Shown: one piece after another, positions 21,036 through 30,866 of the stretch
Position numbering within the stretch: the first letter of the stretch is position 1
Layout: each line of letters starts with the position of its first letter
Source of the DNA: Methylococcaceae bacterium TMED69
GTDB lineage: Bacteria > Pseudomonadota > Gammaproteobacteria > Ga0077536
Direction of reading: 5' to 3'
DNA: 64,000 bases
Assembly: GCA_002170535.1 (NCBI GenBank)
Contig: NHDW01000004.1
Span: forward strand, 186,190-250,189
Notes under the pieces: model-generated
What the model was told of the DNA's origin: nothing
Database searches by the model: none
The model's input: the letters and a program-made list of their open reading frames with translations, nothing else
Position numbers and translations under genes: made by a program

Positions 21036-21895
21036 TGAAATCGGTCTGGTCGGCGCCAGCAAAAATTAACCATTTTATCCATGTATTGGGGAAAAGGAAT
21101 GATGGTTATCATAACATACAGACAATTTTTCAATTTATATCTCTGGCTGATAAACTTGAATTAGCAACTAGAAAAGACGGTCAAATAGTTGGTTCTTATG
21201 GCTTGCAAGGTTTAAATTTTAAAGATGATCTGATTAATAAGGCTGCACTTTTACTAAAAGAAAAATCAGGAACTGAAATGGGGGTTAATATAGTTTTAGA
21301 CAAGAGAATTCCAATGGGGGGTGGATTAGGTGGCGGTAGTTCAAACGCAGCTACGATGCTAGTTGCACTGAACGTATTGTGGAAATTAAATTATTCCACA
21401 TCAGAGTTGATGGGCTTAGCGGCTCATTTAGGTTCAGATGTGCCAATTTTTGTATTTGGACAGTCTGCGTGGGCAGAGGGGCGCGGAGAAATTCTTGAAC
21501 CTATTACTTTATCTGAAAAAGTAGTCTTACTGTTATTTCCAAACGTAAAAGTATCTACTAAAAAAGTGTTCGCGGCCCAATCTTTACCAAGAAGCACACC
21601 TCCTTTAGTGAAATCAGAGCTTAAGACTGCAAATTTACAAAATGACTTTCTGGATGTAACCAACAAATTATATCCTGAAGTAGAAAGAGCTCTGATATGG
21701 CTTTCGGAGCATTGTGAAAAAGCTCAAATGAGCGGTACAGGCTCAACTCTTTTTGCGATGTTCGATTCTGTAGAGGAGGCTGAAAAAATTAAGGAAATAG
21801 TCCCAAGTATTTGGGGAGCGACTATCACACAATGTTTAAACAGATCGCCCCTACTTAATAGTCTGAAAGCATATCAAAGTATGGCATCTTGGTAG
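21035..21895 (+). CDS. ispE: 4-diphosphocytidyl-2-C-methyl-D-erythritol kinase
   Basis: GHMP kinase motif PMGGGLGGGSSNAA, N-terminal APAKINxxL; ATG at 21035 with GGAG SD. Confidence 0.85.
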   Translation: MKSVWSAPAKINHFIHVLGKRNDGYHNIQTIFQFISLADKLELATRKDGQIVGSYGLQGLNFKDDLINKAALLLKEKSGTEMGVNIVLDKRIPMGGGLGGGSSNAATMLVALNVLWKLNYSTSELMGLAAHLGSDVPIFVFGQSAWAEGRGEILEPITLSEKVVLLLFPNVKVSTKKVFAAQSLPRSTPPLVKSELKTANLQNDFLDVTNKLYPEVERALIWLSEHCEKAQMSGTGSTLFAMFDSVEEAEKIKEIVPSIWGATITQCLNRSPLLNSLKAYQSMASW

Positions 21896-21910
21896 TATAA
21901 TAAAATGTAA

Positions 21911-21982
21911 TGGGGTGTAGCCAAGCGGTAAGGCACGGGGTTTTGATCCCCGCATTCCCAGGTTCGAATCCTGGCACCCCAG
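21911..21982 (+). tRNA. tRNA-Gln (anticodon TTG)
   Basis: Cloverleaf readable by eye; anticodon stem CGGGG/CCCCG with loop TTTTGAT; close to E. coli tRNA-Gln; CCA not encoded; same ispE-tRNA-prs position as Pseudomonas. Confidence 0.85.
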
Positions 21983-22037
21983 CACAATTGTAGATATTAA
22001 GGGATTTTAATTGAACGTGCACTCTAGTGATTCTCAA

Positions 22038-22973
22038 ATGATTTTTAGTGGTAATGCCAATGAACAGCTTGCCCTTGCGGTGGCCAATCACTTGGGGATT
22101 CCACTAGGAAAGCGGACCGCTGAACGTTTTAGTGATGGTGAAATAATGGTTGAAATTCTTGAAAACGTTAGAAGTCGAGACGTTTTTGTTTTGCAACCCA
22201 CCTGTGCTCCGGCCAATGAAAACTTTATGGAGTTGCTTATTTTAGTTGATGCGCTTAAGCGAGCTTCAGCACAAAGTATCACAGCGGTTATTCCTTATCT
22301 AGGTTATGCACGCCAAGATAGAAGGCCCCGGTCCAGCAGGGTTCCAATTACTGCAAAACTAGTTGCAAATATGATTTCTGGTGTTGGAGCGGATAGAGTT
22401 TTGACTTTGGACTTACATGCAGAGCAAATTCAAGGTTTCTTCGATATACCGATGGATAATGTTTACGCGTCGCCTGTGCTACTCGGAGATATATGGAAAC
22501 ATAAATACGAGGACTTAGTTGTAGTTTCGCCAGACGTAGGGGGTGTCGTTCGTGCCAGAGCAATTGCTAAAAGACTGGATGAATCAGATTTGGCGATTAT
22601 TGATAAACGACGTCCAAAAGCCAATGAAGCAGAGGTTGTAAATATAATCGGCAGCGTGCGAAATCGAACTTGCGTGATGGTAGATGATATCGTTGATACT
22701 GCAGGAACCTTGTGCGCCGCATCAAAAGCACTTAAAGAAAGGGGTGCGCTGAGAGTGGTAGCATACTGCACTCATGCGGTTTTGTCCGGAAAGGCGCTGG
22801 ACAATATTGGAAACTCAGAACTTGACGAGCTAGTTGTTACAGATACAGTGCCTCTTTCAAATGAAGCAAAAAAATTATCCAAAATTCGTTGTGTTTCTGT
22901 TGCTGGCTTAATTGGAGAAAGTATTAACCGAATTTATCTTGGGCAGTCTCTAAGTTCTATGTTCGTCGATTAA
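22038..22973 (+). CDS. prs: ribose-phosphate pyrophosphokinase
   Basis: Full-length PRPP synthetase similarity including the PRPP-binding loop DDIVDTAGT; ATG at 22038 (track start is TTG). Confidence 0.95.
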   Translation: MIFSGNANEQLALAVANHLGIPLGKRTAERFSDGEIMVEILENVRSRDVFVLQPTCAPANENFMELLILVDALKRASAQSITAVIPYLGYARQDRRPRSSRVPITAKLVANMISGVGADRVLTLDLHAEQIQGFFDIPMDNVYASPVLLGDIWKHKYEDLVVVSPDVGGVVRARAIAKRLDESDLAIIDKRRPKANEAEVVNIIGSVRNRTCVMVDDIVDTAGTLCAASKALKERGALRVVAYCTHAVLSGKALDNIGNSELDELVVTDTVPLSNEAKKLSKIRCVSVAGLIGESINRIYLGQSLSSMFVD

Positions 22974-23049
22974 CTTTGTACATAAAACTATATTTATGAA
23001 ATAATGCATCGTTCAAAATAGATGTTTTTAAGAACTAGGAATATTAAAA

Positions 23050-23712
23050 ATGGAAAATTTGAGAATTAAAGCGGAAAATCGAATTGAAATAGGTAAAGGT
23101 CCAAGCAGAAGGTTGAGAAGAAGTGGGTATTTTCCCGGCATCGTTTATGGTAATGGGGAGCCTCAGAAAATAAAAATAAACCATAATAACATGCTCAGAT
23201 CTTTACAAGACCCTAAATTCTACTCAAATATTCTTACTTTGGAAATAGAATCTATTGAGGAAAAAGTCTTCCTTAAATCACTTTCTAGACATCCTGCGAA
23301 GAAACAAATCCTTCATGCTGATTTTCAGAGAGTCAACGAGGATGCAGAAATTTCTATAAAAGTGCCAATAAAATTGATTAATGAGGATAAATGTATAGGT
23401 GTACGTATGGGGGGTGGGGTTGTCTCAAGGTTGCTTAATGAAGTTGAAATATTATGTTTACCTAAAAATCTTCCGGTATCAATCGATATTGACATTGAAA
23501 GTATTGAAGCTGGACAATCTGTTCCTATCGGAGAATTAAATTTGCCAGAGGGAGTTCGTATTGCAGCTCTAGCTAAAGGAGGCGATCCATCAATAAGTGT
23601 CGTAAGAGTCTCAATGCCGAAGGGCACGATGGAAGATGAAGATACAGAGATTACTAGCGCAGATGATTCTGTAGAGGATAGTCAGGAAGGTGATAACTCC
23701 GAAAGCGGATAA
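23050..23712 (+). CDS. rplY: 50S ribosomal protein L25 / general stress protein Ctc, with acidic C-terminal tail
   Basis: L25/Ctc N-domain and beta-barrel domain; prs-rplY-pth-ychF order. Confidence 0.8.
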   Translation: MENLRIKAENRIEIGKGPSRRLRRSGYFPGIVYGNGEPQKIKINHNNMLRSLQDPKFYSNILTLEIESIEEKVFLKSLSRHPAKKQILHADFQRVNEDAEISIKVPIKLINEDKCIGVRMGGGVVSRLLNEVEILCLPKNLPVSIDIDIESIEAGQSVPIGELNLPEGVRIAALAKGGDPSISVVRVSMPKGTMEDEDTEITSADDSVEDSQEGDNSESG

Positions 23713-23736
23713 TGTGCATAAATCTGAAAATTAATC

Positions 23737-24300
23737 ATGAAATCTCTCGTGATTGGTTTGGGAAATAAGGGGCCTAATTATAAAAATCATCGACATAACG
23801 TGGGTTCCGAAATTGTCTCTAAAATCTGTGAAATAAAAGATATAAAATTAATCGAAAGCGCAAAGTTTAAGGCAAGGATTGGACTAGATTCTAATGAAGT
23901 GTATTTTCTAGTTCCAAACACTTATATGAATTTGAGTGGGCAGCCAGTTGCTCTTTTCCTCAAAAATAAGAACTTCGACTTCGCTAATGTCTTCGTTATA
24001 CATGATGACTTGGATCTAAGTGTTGGTAATGTGCGCTTAAAAAAGGGTGGTGGCACCGGTGGTCATAACGGGCTACGGAGTCTGATTAAATTTTTGTCTA
24101 CTGATACTTTTAATAGAATAAGGATTGGTATAGGAAGACCGAAAGTATCTGAAGATGTTAGTAATTATGTTTTATCATCACCGTCTAGGTCAGAAAAGCT
24201 CCTGATTGATAAAACTATTGAGACGGTTGTGGAATCGATCGACATGATTACAAGTCAGGATGTACAGTTGAGCATGAATTTATTAAATAAAAGAAAATAA
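23737..24300 (+). CDS. pth: peptidyl-tRNA hydrolase
   Basis: LVIGLGNKGPNYKNHRHNVG N-terminal Pth signature, 187 aa. Confidence 0.9.
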   Translation: MKSLVIGLGNKGPNYKNHRHNVGSEIVSKICEIKDIKLIESAKFKARIGLDSNEVYFLVPNTYMNLSGQPVALFLKNKNFDFANVFVIHDDLDLSVGNVRLKKGGGTGGHNGLRSLIKFLSTDTFNRIRIGIGRPKVSEDVSNYVLSSPSRSEKLLIDKTIETVVESIDMITSQDVQLSMNLLNKRK

Positions 24301-24302
24301 TT

Positions 24303-25394
24303 ATGAGTTTAAAGTGTGGGATCATTGGACTCCCAAATATTGGGAAATCTTCTCTTTTTAATGCTCTCACTAAAAGTGCTATTCCTGCTGAAAATTACCC
24401 CTTCTGTACCATAGAGCCAAATAGCGGCTTGGTTCAAGTGCCTGATAGACGCCTCGACGAGCTTGACAATATGATTAACCCAAAGGTCAAAGTTGAGGCG
24501 ATTATGGAGTTTACAGATATTGCAGGTTTGGTTAAAGGAGCATCGCAAGGTCAAGGTTTAGGTAATCAATTTCTCTCGCATATAAGGGAGACGGATGCTT
24601 TGATTCATGTTGTTAGAGCATTTGAGAATGACGACATAATTCATGTGTCGAAAAAAGTAAGTCCTCGCGATGATATATTGGTAGTTGAGACAGAATTGGC
24701 ATTGGCAGATCTTGAGCAGTGTGTCAGGTCGATAGAGAAAATTAAAAAAAAATCAAAAGGTTCGCCAAAAGAGTCGGCTACTAAACTATCAATACTTGAT
24801 GAATTATGCGGTTATCTGTCAGATGGTAAAATGCTTAGAGATGTCTCTTTGTCTGACGAGGCTAATAAAGTGGTTCAAGATTTGCAGTTTTTGACAGCAA
24901 AACCCACAATTTTTTTAGCTAATGTGGACGAGGGCTCTTTGAAGGGTAATTCTTTTTCTGATTCCGTCCAAGAGTTCGCAATTTCTAACCAGTCTAATTA
25001 TGTAATTTTATGTGCGGCTTTAGAGCTTGAACTAGCTGGACTTTCTGAAAACGAAAAAGGTCAATTTCTCGAGATGCTGGAGCTAAAGGAGACCGGATTA
25101 ACAAAACTAATTCGAAGCTCATTTGACTTGCTAAAATTACATTGTTTTTTTTCAGCAGGGGAAAAAGAAGTTAGAGCTTGGTCGATAAAGCATGGAGCGA
25201 CGGCTCATGAGGCCGCAAAAGTTATACATAGCGATATACAAAGAGGTTTTATTAAAGCTGACGTAATAGGCTATGACGACTATATTGAATACAGCGGTGA
25301 GCAGGGTGCAAGAGAAAACGGAAAGCTCAGAACAGAAGGAAAAGAGTATGTAGTTCAAGACGGGGATATTATTAACTTTAAATTTAACGTTTAA
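24303..25394 (+). CDS. ychF: ribosome-associated GTPase/ATPase YchF
   Basis: GLPNIGKSSLFNALT G1 motif, TGS C-terminal domain, 363 aa. Confidence 0.9.
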   Translation: MSLKCGIIGLPNIGKSSLFNALTKSAIPAENYPFCTIEPNSGLVQVPDRRLDELDNMINPKVKVEAIMEFTDIAGLVKGASQGQGLGNQFLSHIRETDALIHVVRAFENDDIIHVSKKVSPRDDILVVETELALADLEQCVRSIEKIKKKSKGSPKESATKLSILDELCGYLSDGKMLRDVSLSDEANKVVQDLQFLTAKPTIFLANVDEGSLKGNSFSDSVQEFAISNQSNYVILCAALELELAGLSENEKGQFLEMLELKETGLTKLIRSSFDLLKLHCFFSAGEKEVRAWSIKHGATAHEAAKVIHSDIQRGFIKADVIGYDDYIEYSGEQGARENGKLRTEGKEYVVQDGDIINFKFNV

Positions 25395-25399
25395 TTTTA

Positions 25400-25580
25400 A
25401 GGATCCATGTTGCCGTGCTATACATTTACCTCGAACCGAAAGTTCAAGATTGGAACGTCCCCGACTGAATCAGGCTTTCTCAAACTCTGGAGAATGCTCA
25501 ACATCAGTACGACTTCTGCTCCTATTTTTTTTTAAGCATAGGCTCAGAGACTAATGAAAGCACATGCAACACAGAAACTA
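25400..25580 (-). ncRNA. ssrS: 6S RNA (SsrS); ends approximate
   Basis: Minus-strand sequence directly downstream of zapA matches remembered E. coli 6S blocks (CUGAGCC; GAGCAUNCUC; GAGAAAGCC; CUUGAAC...GGUUCGAGG). The 5' UUUCUGUGUUGCAUGUGCU pairs with the 3' AGCACGGCAACAUGG to close the structure. zapA-ssrS synteny. Confidence 0.6.
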
Positions 25581-25631
25581 ATAGCGATAATAAAATGGAA
25601 TTAGCTTTATTACAAAGTTTTATTTATCGAC

Positions 25632-25946
25632 TTATTTTCCTTTAGATGAAATAGCTAGAATATCGCCAATTTTCTTTTGTATTCTATTTATTCCCTCACC
25701 AACGCCGGATTTTATTGATTCATTATGTTTTAAAAGTTTTAAGTAATCACTCGTAATATTTAATGCGGTTATGACGGCGGTCTTTTCATTTCCTATGACT
25801 TTGCCTATCATTCTTTGTTCTTCGAGCTTTTTATTTAAATAATCTGCGGAAAGTGCAAGGTCCTCCCTTTCTTCAATAGTGCAGCCAATTAAATACTCTT
25901 TTCCAAGAATTGAGAGCGAGACTGCTGTTTTTGAGTTTCTGTTCAT
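25632..25946 (-). CDS. zapA: cell division protein ZapA
   Basis: 104 aa, ZapA-like N-terminal region and C-terminal coiled coil; divergent from pepP-ubiH as in E. coli. Confidence 0.8.
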   Translation of the reverse strand: MNRNSKTAVSLSILGKEYLIGCTIEEREDLALSADYLNKKLEEQRMIGKVIGNEKTAVITALNITSDYLKLLKHNESIKSGVGEGINRIQKKIGDILAISSKGK

Positions 25947-26164
25947 TTGGTCTCCATTGTTTTCAATCTAAGAATCATTGCTTCGACTCTTTTTTTTGCC
26001 TGATCGGTTTTCTCCAAGAGACTGAATCTTTCGTTTGTTAGGGACTCTTTTTGTCCCCGCAATTGGACGTTTTCCTCGGATAATGCTGTTACTTTCGTAA
26101 TAAGGTCGTCGATTTTATCCTCTAAACGAGAAAGATCGAGCGTAGTTTTGTCTTCTTTATCCAT
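25943..26164 (-). CDS. small coiled-coil protein (ZapB-like) co-transcribed with zapA
   Basis: 73 aa, heptad-rich (LSEENVQLRGQKESLTNERFSLLEK); 4-nt overlap with zapA. Confidence 0.5.
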   Translation of the reverse strand: MDKEDKTTLDLSRLEDKIDDLITKVTALSEENVQLRGQKESLTNERFSLLEKTDQAKKRVEAMILRLKTMETK

Positions 26165-26310
26165 AATTTATCAGTTGGTTTTGGGTTTAATTTGTTATCC
26201 TATTAATTTAAACTTTTTCTTTATGTAAGATGGCATTTATCTTACTTTAATGCAATTAGATAAAAGATCAATATTGAATTTACAACGTTATAATAAGTTG
26301 GAGATATATT

Positions 26311-27615
26311 TTGGAATTAGGAGAATTTAGACGAAGGAGAGAGGAATTGATAAGTAGGATGGCGCCAGAGTCAGTGGCAATTATTCCTACTTCTCCCGAA
26401 AAGATAAGAAATAAAGATGTGTTCTATCCCTTTAGGCCCGATAGTGATTTTTTTTACTTGACTGGTTTTAATGAGCCCCACTGCTTAGCGATAGTCATCC
26501 CTGACAGACCACAAGGAGAGTTCATTATATTTTGCCGCGAGCGTAATAAAGATGCCGAGATTTGGCATGGCAGAAGACTGGGTCTTGAGGGAGCCAGGGA
26601 AGGTTTAGGTGCAAATCATGTGTTTCCAATTGAAGACTTAGAAGACATTCTTCCTGGGCTAATAGAGAACAAAAAGCAGATATATACCCCAATGGGAAGA
26701 TATCAGGAATTCGATAATATGCTGATGAAATTAGTAAGACAAATTGATTCCCAAAATCGATCGGGGGTGCATGCTCCAGATCGATTTTTAGCTTTATCCA
26801 CCATATTAGATGAAATGAGATTATTTAAGAATGAGGTAGAGCTTAAATCAATTAAAAAAGCTATTGATATAACAACAGAAGCACACATAGCGGCAATGAA
26901 AAAGGCATACGCAGGTGTCTTTGAGTTTGAGCTTGAGGCTGAAATTATGGCAGTTTTTATGAGACATGGGGCAAGATCTCCAGCATATCCTTCAATTGTG
27001 GGAGGGGGAGAAAATGCTTGCATTCTACACTATACAGACAATAAAGACAGGGTTGCGGATGGTGAATTAGTCTTGATTGATGCGGGAGCTGAATATGGAT
27101 GTTATGCTGCTGATATCACTCGAACCTTTCCAGTTAATGGTAGTTTTACGGCAGAGCAAAAAGCTTTATACGAAATTGTTTTATTAGCGCAACAAGCAGC
27201 TATTGAAAAAGTGAAGCATTATAATAATTGGGATGAGCCTCATTCGGCAGCTCTATTAGTAATTGTAGAAGGTTTAAAAGATTTAGAAATATTATCTGGT
27301 TCCACAGAGGAAATTATAGAGACCGAAATTTATAAGAAATTTTTTATGCATAAAACTGGACATTGGCTCGGACTTGATGTCCATGACGTTGGTGATTATA
27401 AAATTGATAATCAATGGAGAATATTCGAGCCTGGTATGGTCACCACTGTTGAGCCTGGGATATATATTTCTCAAAGCGAGGTTAATATTGATCCCCGATG
27501 GTCAGGCATCGGTATAAGAATCGAAGATGATATACTCGTGACTAAAGAAGGTAATTTAAATTTAAGTAAAAAAGTTCCCAAAACTATCTCTCAAATTGAA
27601 GAAATAATGAGTTAG
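26311..27615 (+). CDS. pepP: Xaa-Pro aminopeptidase
   Basis: Aligns along length with E. coli PepP (creatinase N-domain plus pita-bread M24 domain with HGxxHxLGLDVHD and EPGxY blocks); apparent TTG start. Confidence 0.85.
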   Translation: MELGEFRRRREELISRMAPESVAIIPTSPEKIRNKDVFYPFRPDSDFFYLTGFNEPHCLAIVIPDRPQGEFIIFCRERNKDAEIWHGRRLGLEGAREGLGANHVFPIEDLEDILPGLIENKKQIYTPMGRYQEFDNMLMKLVRQIDSQNRSGVHAPDRFLALSTILDEMRLFKNEVELKSIKKAIDITTEAHIAAMKKAYAGVFEFELEAEIMAVFMRHGARSPAYPSIVGGGENACILHYTDNKDRVADGELVLIDAGAEYGCYAADITRTFPVNGSFTAEQKALYEIVLLAQQAAIEKVKHYNNWDEPHSAALLVIVEGLKDLEILSGSTEEIIETEIYKKFFMHKTGHWLGLDVHDVGDYKIDNQWRIFEPGMVTTVEPGIYISQSEVNIDPRWSGIGIRIEDDILVTKEGNLNLSKKVPKTISQIEEIMS

Positions 27616-27617
27616 TT

Positions 27618-28790
27618 ATGTCTTCTATTAAAAAAATTGCAGTTATTGGTGGGGGAATTTCTGGCTTGCTATGCTGTTACGCTTTGGCTGTAAAAGGTTT
27701 CGAAATCATTTTAGTTGATAATGAAGATTTTAGAGATATTCCAACTAACGATCAAAGAGCCATAGTTTTATCTGAAGCATCAAAAATTATTCTTCAAAGT
27801 ATTGGGTTGTGGCAAAAGATTCAACCTTTCAGCATACCTATAAAAGAAGTATGGGTTTCCGAAAAAAAGGTATTTGGCAGAATTAAATTTAACGCGAATG
27901 AGTTAGGACTGGGAGCATTGGGCTGGTCGATTTGCGCTCAGGATCTTTTCATGATTATCTCTAAAGCCGTGCTTGAGAAACCTAATGTTGTTCTTAAAAT
28001 GAAAAGATTGTTTGAAGATTTTCGAACCAGTGAAAATATCCTTAGTTTAGAGCTTGTTGACGGTTCAACTGAGCAAGTAAAAAACGTAGATTTTATTGTT
28101 GGGGCTGACGGGTTTGACTCTAAAGTTCGAAGAAAAATGAGGCTGCACGTAACGCGAAAAGATTATAATCAAGATGCCGTAGTTGGAAATGTTGTTACTA
28201 CTGTGAAAAACACCGGCGTGGCTATTCAAAAAATATTCCAACATGGCAGTTTAGCTCTCATACCTTCGGGAGACTATCATTACACTTTTATTTTTATTGT
28301 AAAAAAAGGTTTTTTCAAAAATTATTATAAAAATAAGAAAGCTCTTTTGGATTTAATTATTGAACTATGCGGTTTTCCGTTTGGCCGTTACTGCTCTTTA
28401 GAAGTATGTCATGACTATTCACTGTTTGGCTCGAAAGTCTTTTATCGGCATTTGAAAAAATTTGCCTTAGTTGGGAATTCAAGAGGCACCATTCATCCTT
28501 CTACAGCGCAAGGGCTTAATTTGGGTATTCGTGATATTGACGAGTTAATATCATTGCTTAATAGTGATGAAAATTTTTACAATAAGTCAAAAGTTTCAAA
28601 GTCAAAACAGTTTCTATCTAGCCGTAAATCTACTGAAATTTTTGCTGATTTGGTGGCTTTGTTTTATGGAGAAAGGTATCTAACAACTAATTTTATAAGG
28701 AGAGTAACTATTGCAGCGGTAGCAACAAGCAGAAAGTTACGAAAACAATTTGGTCGCATAGGTACCGGCATCGATTATATAGCACGATGA
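27618..28790 (+). CDS. ubiH: FAD-dependent ubiquinone-biosynthesis hydroxylase (UbiH-like)
   Basis: GGGxSG FAD-binding N-terminus (VIGGGISG), position pepP-ubiH-ubiI. Confidence 0.75.
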   Translation: MSSIKKIAVIGGGISGLLCCYALAVKGFEIILVDNEDFRDIPTNDQRAIVLSEASKIILQSIGLWQKIQPFSIPIKEVWVSEKKVFGRIKFNANELGLGALGWSICAQDLFMIISKAVLEKPNVVLKMKRLFEDFRTSENILSLELVDGSTEQVKNVDFIVGADGFDSKVRRKMRLHVTRKDYNQDAVVGNVVTTVKNTGVAIQKIFQHGSLALIPSGDYHYTFIFIVKKGFFKNYYKNKKALLDLIIELCGFPFGRYCSLEVCHDYSLFGSKVFYRHLKKFALVGNSRGTIHPSTAQGLNLGIRDIDELISLLNSDENFYNKSKVSKSKQFLSSRKSTEIFADLVALFYGERYLTTNFIRRVTIAAVATSRKLRKQFGRIGTGIDYIAR

Positions 28791-29932
28791 CTAATTTAAA
28801 TGTACGTACAGACATATTAATTCTTGGGGCAGGAGTCAACGCTATGGTCTGCGTAGCCTTTTGTCAACATTACAATTTATCGTATAAAGTTTTAGCACTT
28901 AGTGCTGGACTACATTCAAGGAATCGACATTTTACGATAACGCCGACGACGGAAAAAATATTCAAAAAATTAAAGTTATGGAATGAGAAGGATGAACAAC
29001 AGCATGGGTATTTTAAATCAATACAAATATTGGCCGAGGACGGAACAGTAGATTTAGATTTCAATAACTCAATCAATCTGGGCAGGCCGATGGCATGGGT
29101 AGTAGACGAAAAATTTTTGAATAATAAATTAGACAAATTATTGGAAAAAGAAGATCACTATTTAAATACAATAAATATATTAAAAAACGATCATGAAGGC
29201 GTTAAGGTAGAAGATGATACCAATACAATCTACGAAGCTAATTTTATGCTAATTACAGAAAATTTAAAAATTGACAATCAAGCGATTTTAGGAAAGCAAC
29301 AAAGAGTTAGAAATTATGGCCAATTTGCGCTTGTTGGCGATTTAATTTCTGAGAAATGCCATAGTAATGTAGCAATACAATGGTTTATAAAAGAAGGTAT
29401 TTTGGCTTTATTACCCAAAAAAAAACCACATGCTTACTCAGTGATATATTCTTGCAATAAAGATTTTGATGTTTTGAATCTTACTCCAGGAGTGGATTTG
29501 CTCCCGAAAAGTTTGATGAATAAGCAAATTGGCCAGATCGAATCCTTTAATAATCTTTCTTCTTATAAGCTTATTGAAAAATGGAGACCTTCAATTTGTC
29601 ATAATAGTATAGTTTGGTTGGGGAGTGCGGCTTATTCGTTTCATCCGTTGGCGGGCCAAGGTTTAAATTTTGCCATAAAAAATATTGATAGATTCTTTGA
29701 GCACTTTAGCAACCAAAAAAATTATAAAGATTCCTTTGCTAAACAGGTATTTCTAAAAAGCCTCAATAAATCGGTGACAAATGACGCAAAAAGATTGATA
29801 GGCCTCATTAATTTAATAAAAAATTACTTCGGTATAAGCGATAAGGGTTGTAAAATTTCGCATAAATTTTTTCTTAAGTTAATCAACAAGTCTTCATTTT
29901 TAAAAAAATCTGCAATAAAAGCGGCTTCCTAA
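28787..29932 (+). CDS. ubiI: FAD-dependent ubiquinone-biosynthesis hydroxylase (UbiI/VisC-like paralogue)
   Basis: Rossmann-like N-terminus, GxGxN flavin-monooxygenase block, overlaps ubiH stop (ATGA); divergent sequence, call relies on synteny. Confidence 0.65.
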   Translation: MTNLNVRTDILILGAGVNAMVCVAFCQHYNLSYKVLALSAGLHSRNRHFTITPTTEKIFKKLKLWNEKDEQQHGYFKSIQILAEDGTVDLDFNNSINLGRPMAWVVDEKFLNNKLDKLLEKEDHYLNTINILKNDHEGVKVEDDTNTIYEANFMLITENLKIDNQAILGKQQRVRNYGQFALVGDLISEKCHSNVAIQWFIKEGILALLPKKKPHAYSVIYSCNKDFDVLNLTPGVDLLPKSLMNKQIGQIESFNNLSSYKLIEKWRPSICHNSIVWLGSAAYSFHPLAGQGLNFAIKNIDRFFEHFSNQKNYKDSFAKQVFLKSLNKSVTNDAKRLIGLINLIKNYFGISDKGCKISHKFFLKLINKSSFLKKSAIKAAS

Positions 29933-29945
29933 GAATTAAAAAATA

Positions 29946-30866
29946 ATGACCACTGTTAAAAAAAATAGCATAGACATTGTAAATGGGTGCATATATTCAA
30001 CCAACTTAATTGATTTTCAATTTATTAAAAGGGGCAAAGTGCGTGATATCTACGAGGTTGGAGATCGGCATCTTCTAATAGTCGCTACTGATAGGCTATC
30101 TGCTTTTGATATTGTTATGGCGCAGCCTATACCAAATAAAGGAAAAATCTTGACAACAATCTCTAATTTCTGGTTCGAAAAAACAAGCAAGATTATAAAG
30201 AATCATATTAGTGATATTAATATAAGAAGCTTGTTTTCTTCAGAAGAACTTTATAAAAAAATAAATGCTCAAATCTCAATAGTCGCAAAATTAGCACCGA
30301 TAAAGTTTGAGGCAGTCGTCAGAGGGTTTCTAGCCGGAACGGCTTGGTTAGATTATTTAAAGAACGATTCTGTATCTGGTGTAAAGTTAAGAAAAGGATT
30401 ACAAAAATTCGAGCGCCTTGATGAACCTATCTTTACCCCCTCGACTAAAGCAGCATTAGGCGATCACGATGAAAACATACCCTATGAAGATATGATTAAA
30501 TCCCTTGGTTATGAATTGGCAGAAGAAATAAAAAAAACTAGCATTATGCTTTATAAAGAAGCATTCGAATATTCTTTTTCAAAAGGGATTATACTAGCTG
30601 ATACCAAGTTTGAGTTTGGTTTGGATAGTCATGGGAACCTTATTTTGATTGATGAAGTTTTCACACCTGATTCCTCTCGATTTTGGGATAAATCGACTTA
30701 TCAAAAAGGAAGCGAACCCTTGAGTTTTGATAAACAATTTATAAGAGATTACCTCAATGCCAATTCTTGGAATCGAAAAGAAGAAATCTATTTTCCAGAG
30801 AAAATTATTAATCAAACTAGTGAAAGATATAAGTTAGCTCAGGAAAAATTAATAGGTAAAAGCTAA
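29946..30866 (+). CDS. purC: phosphoribosylaminoimidazole-succinocarboxamide synthase (SAICAR synthetase, long form)
   Basis: GKVRDIY motif and ADTKFEFG block; 306 aa. Confidence 0.9.
   Translation: MTTVKKNSIDIVNGCIYSTNLIDFQFIKRGKVRDIYEVGDRHLLIVATDRLSAFDIVMAQPIPNKGKILTTISNFWFEKTSKIIKNHISDINIRSLFSSEELYKKINAQISIVAKLAPIKFEAVVRGFLAGTAWLDYLKNDSVSGVKLRKGLQKFERLDEPIFTPSTKAALGDHDENIPYEDMIKSLGYELAEEIKKTSIMLYKEAFEYSFSKGIILADTKFEFGLDSHGNLILIDEVFTPDSSRFWDKSTYQKGSEPLSFDKQFIRDYLNANSWNRKEEIYFPEKIINQTSERYKLAQEKLIGKS

Noticed and set aside
25526-25534. T9 run as an intrinsic terminator for ychF
   Set aside because: No GC-rich hairpin precedes it on the plus strand; the run falls inside the region matching 6S RNA on the minus strand (A-run in the central bubble).
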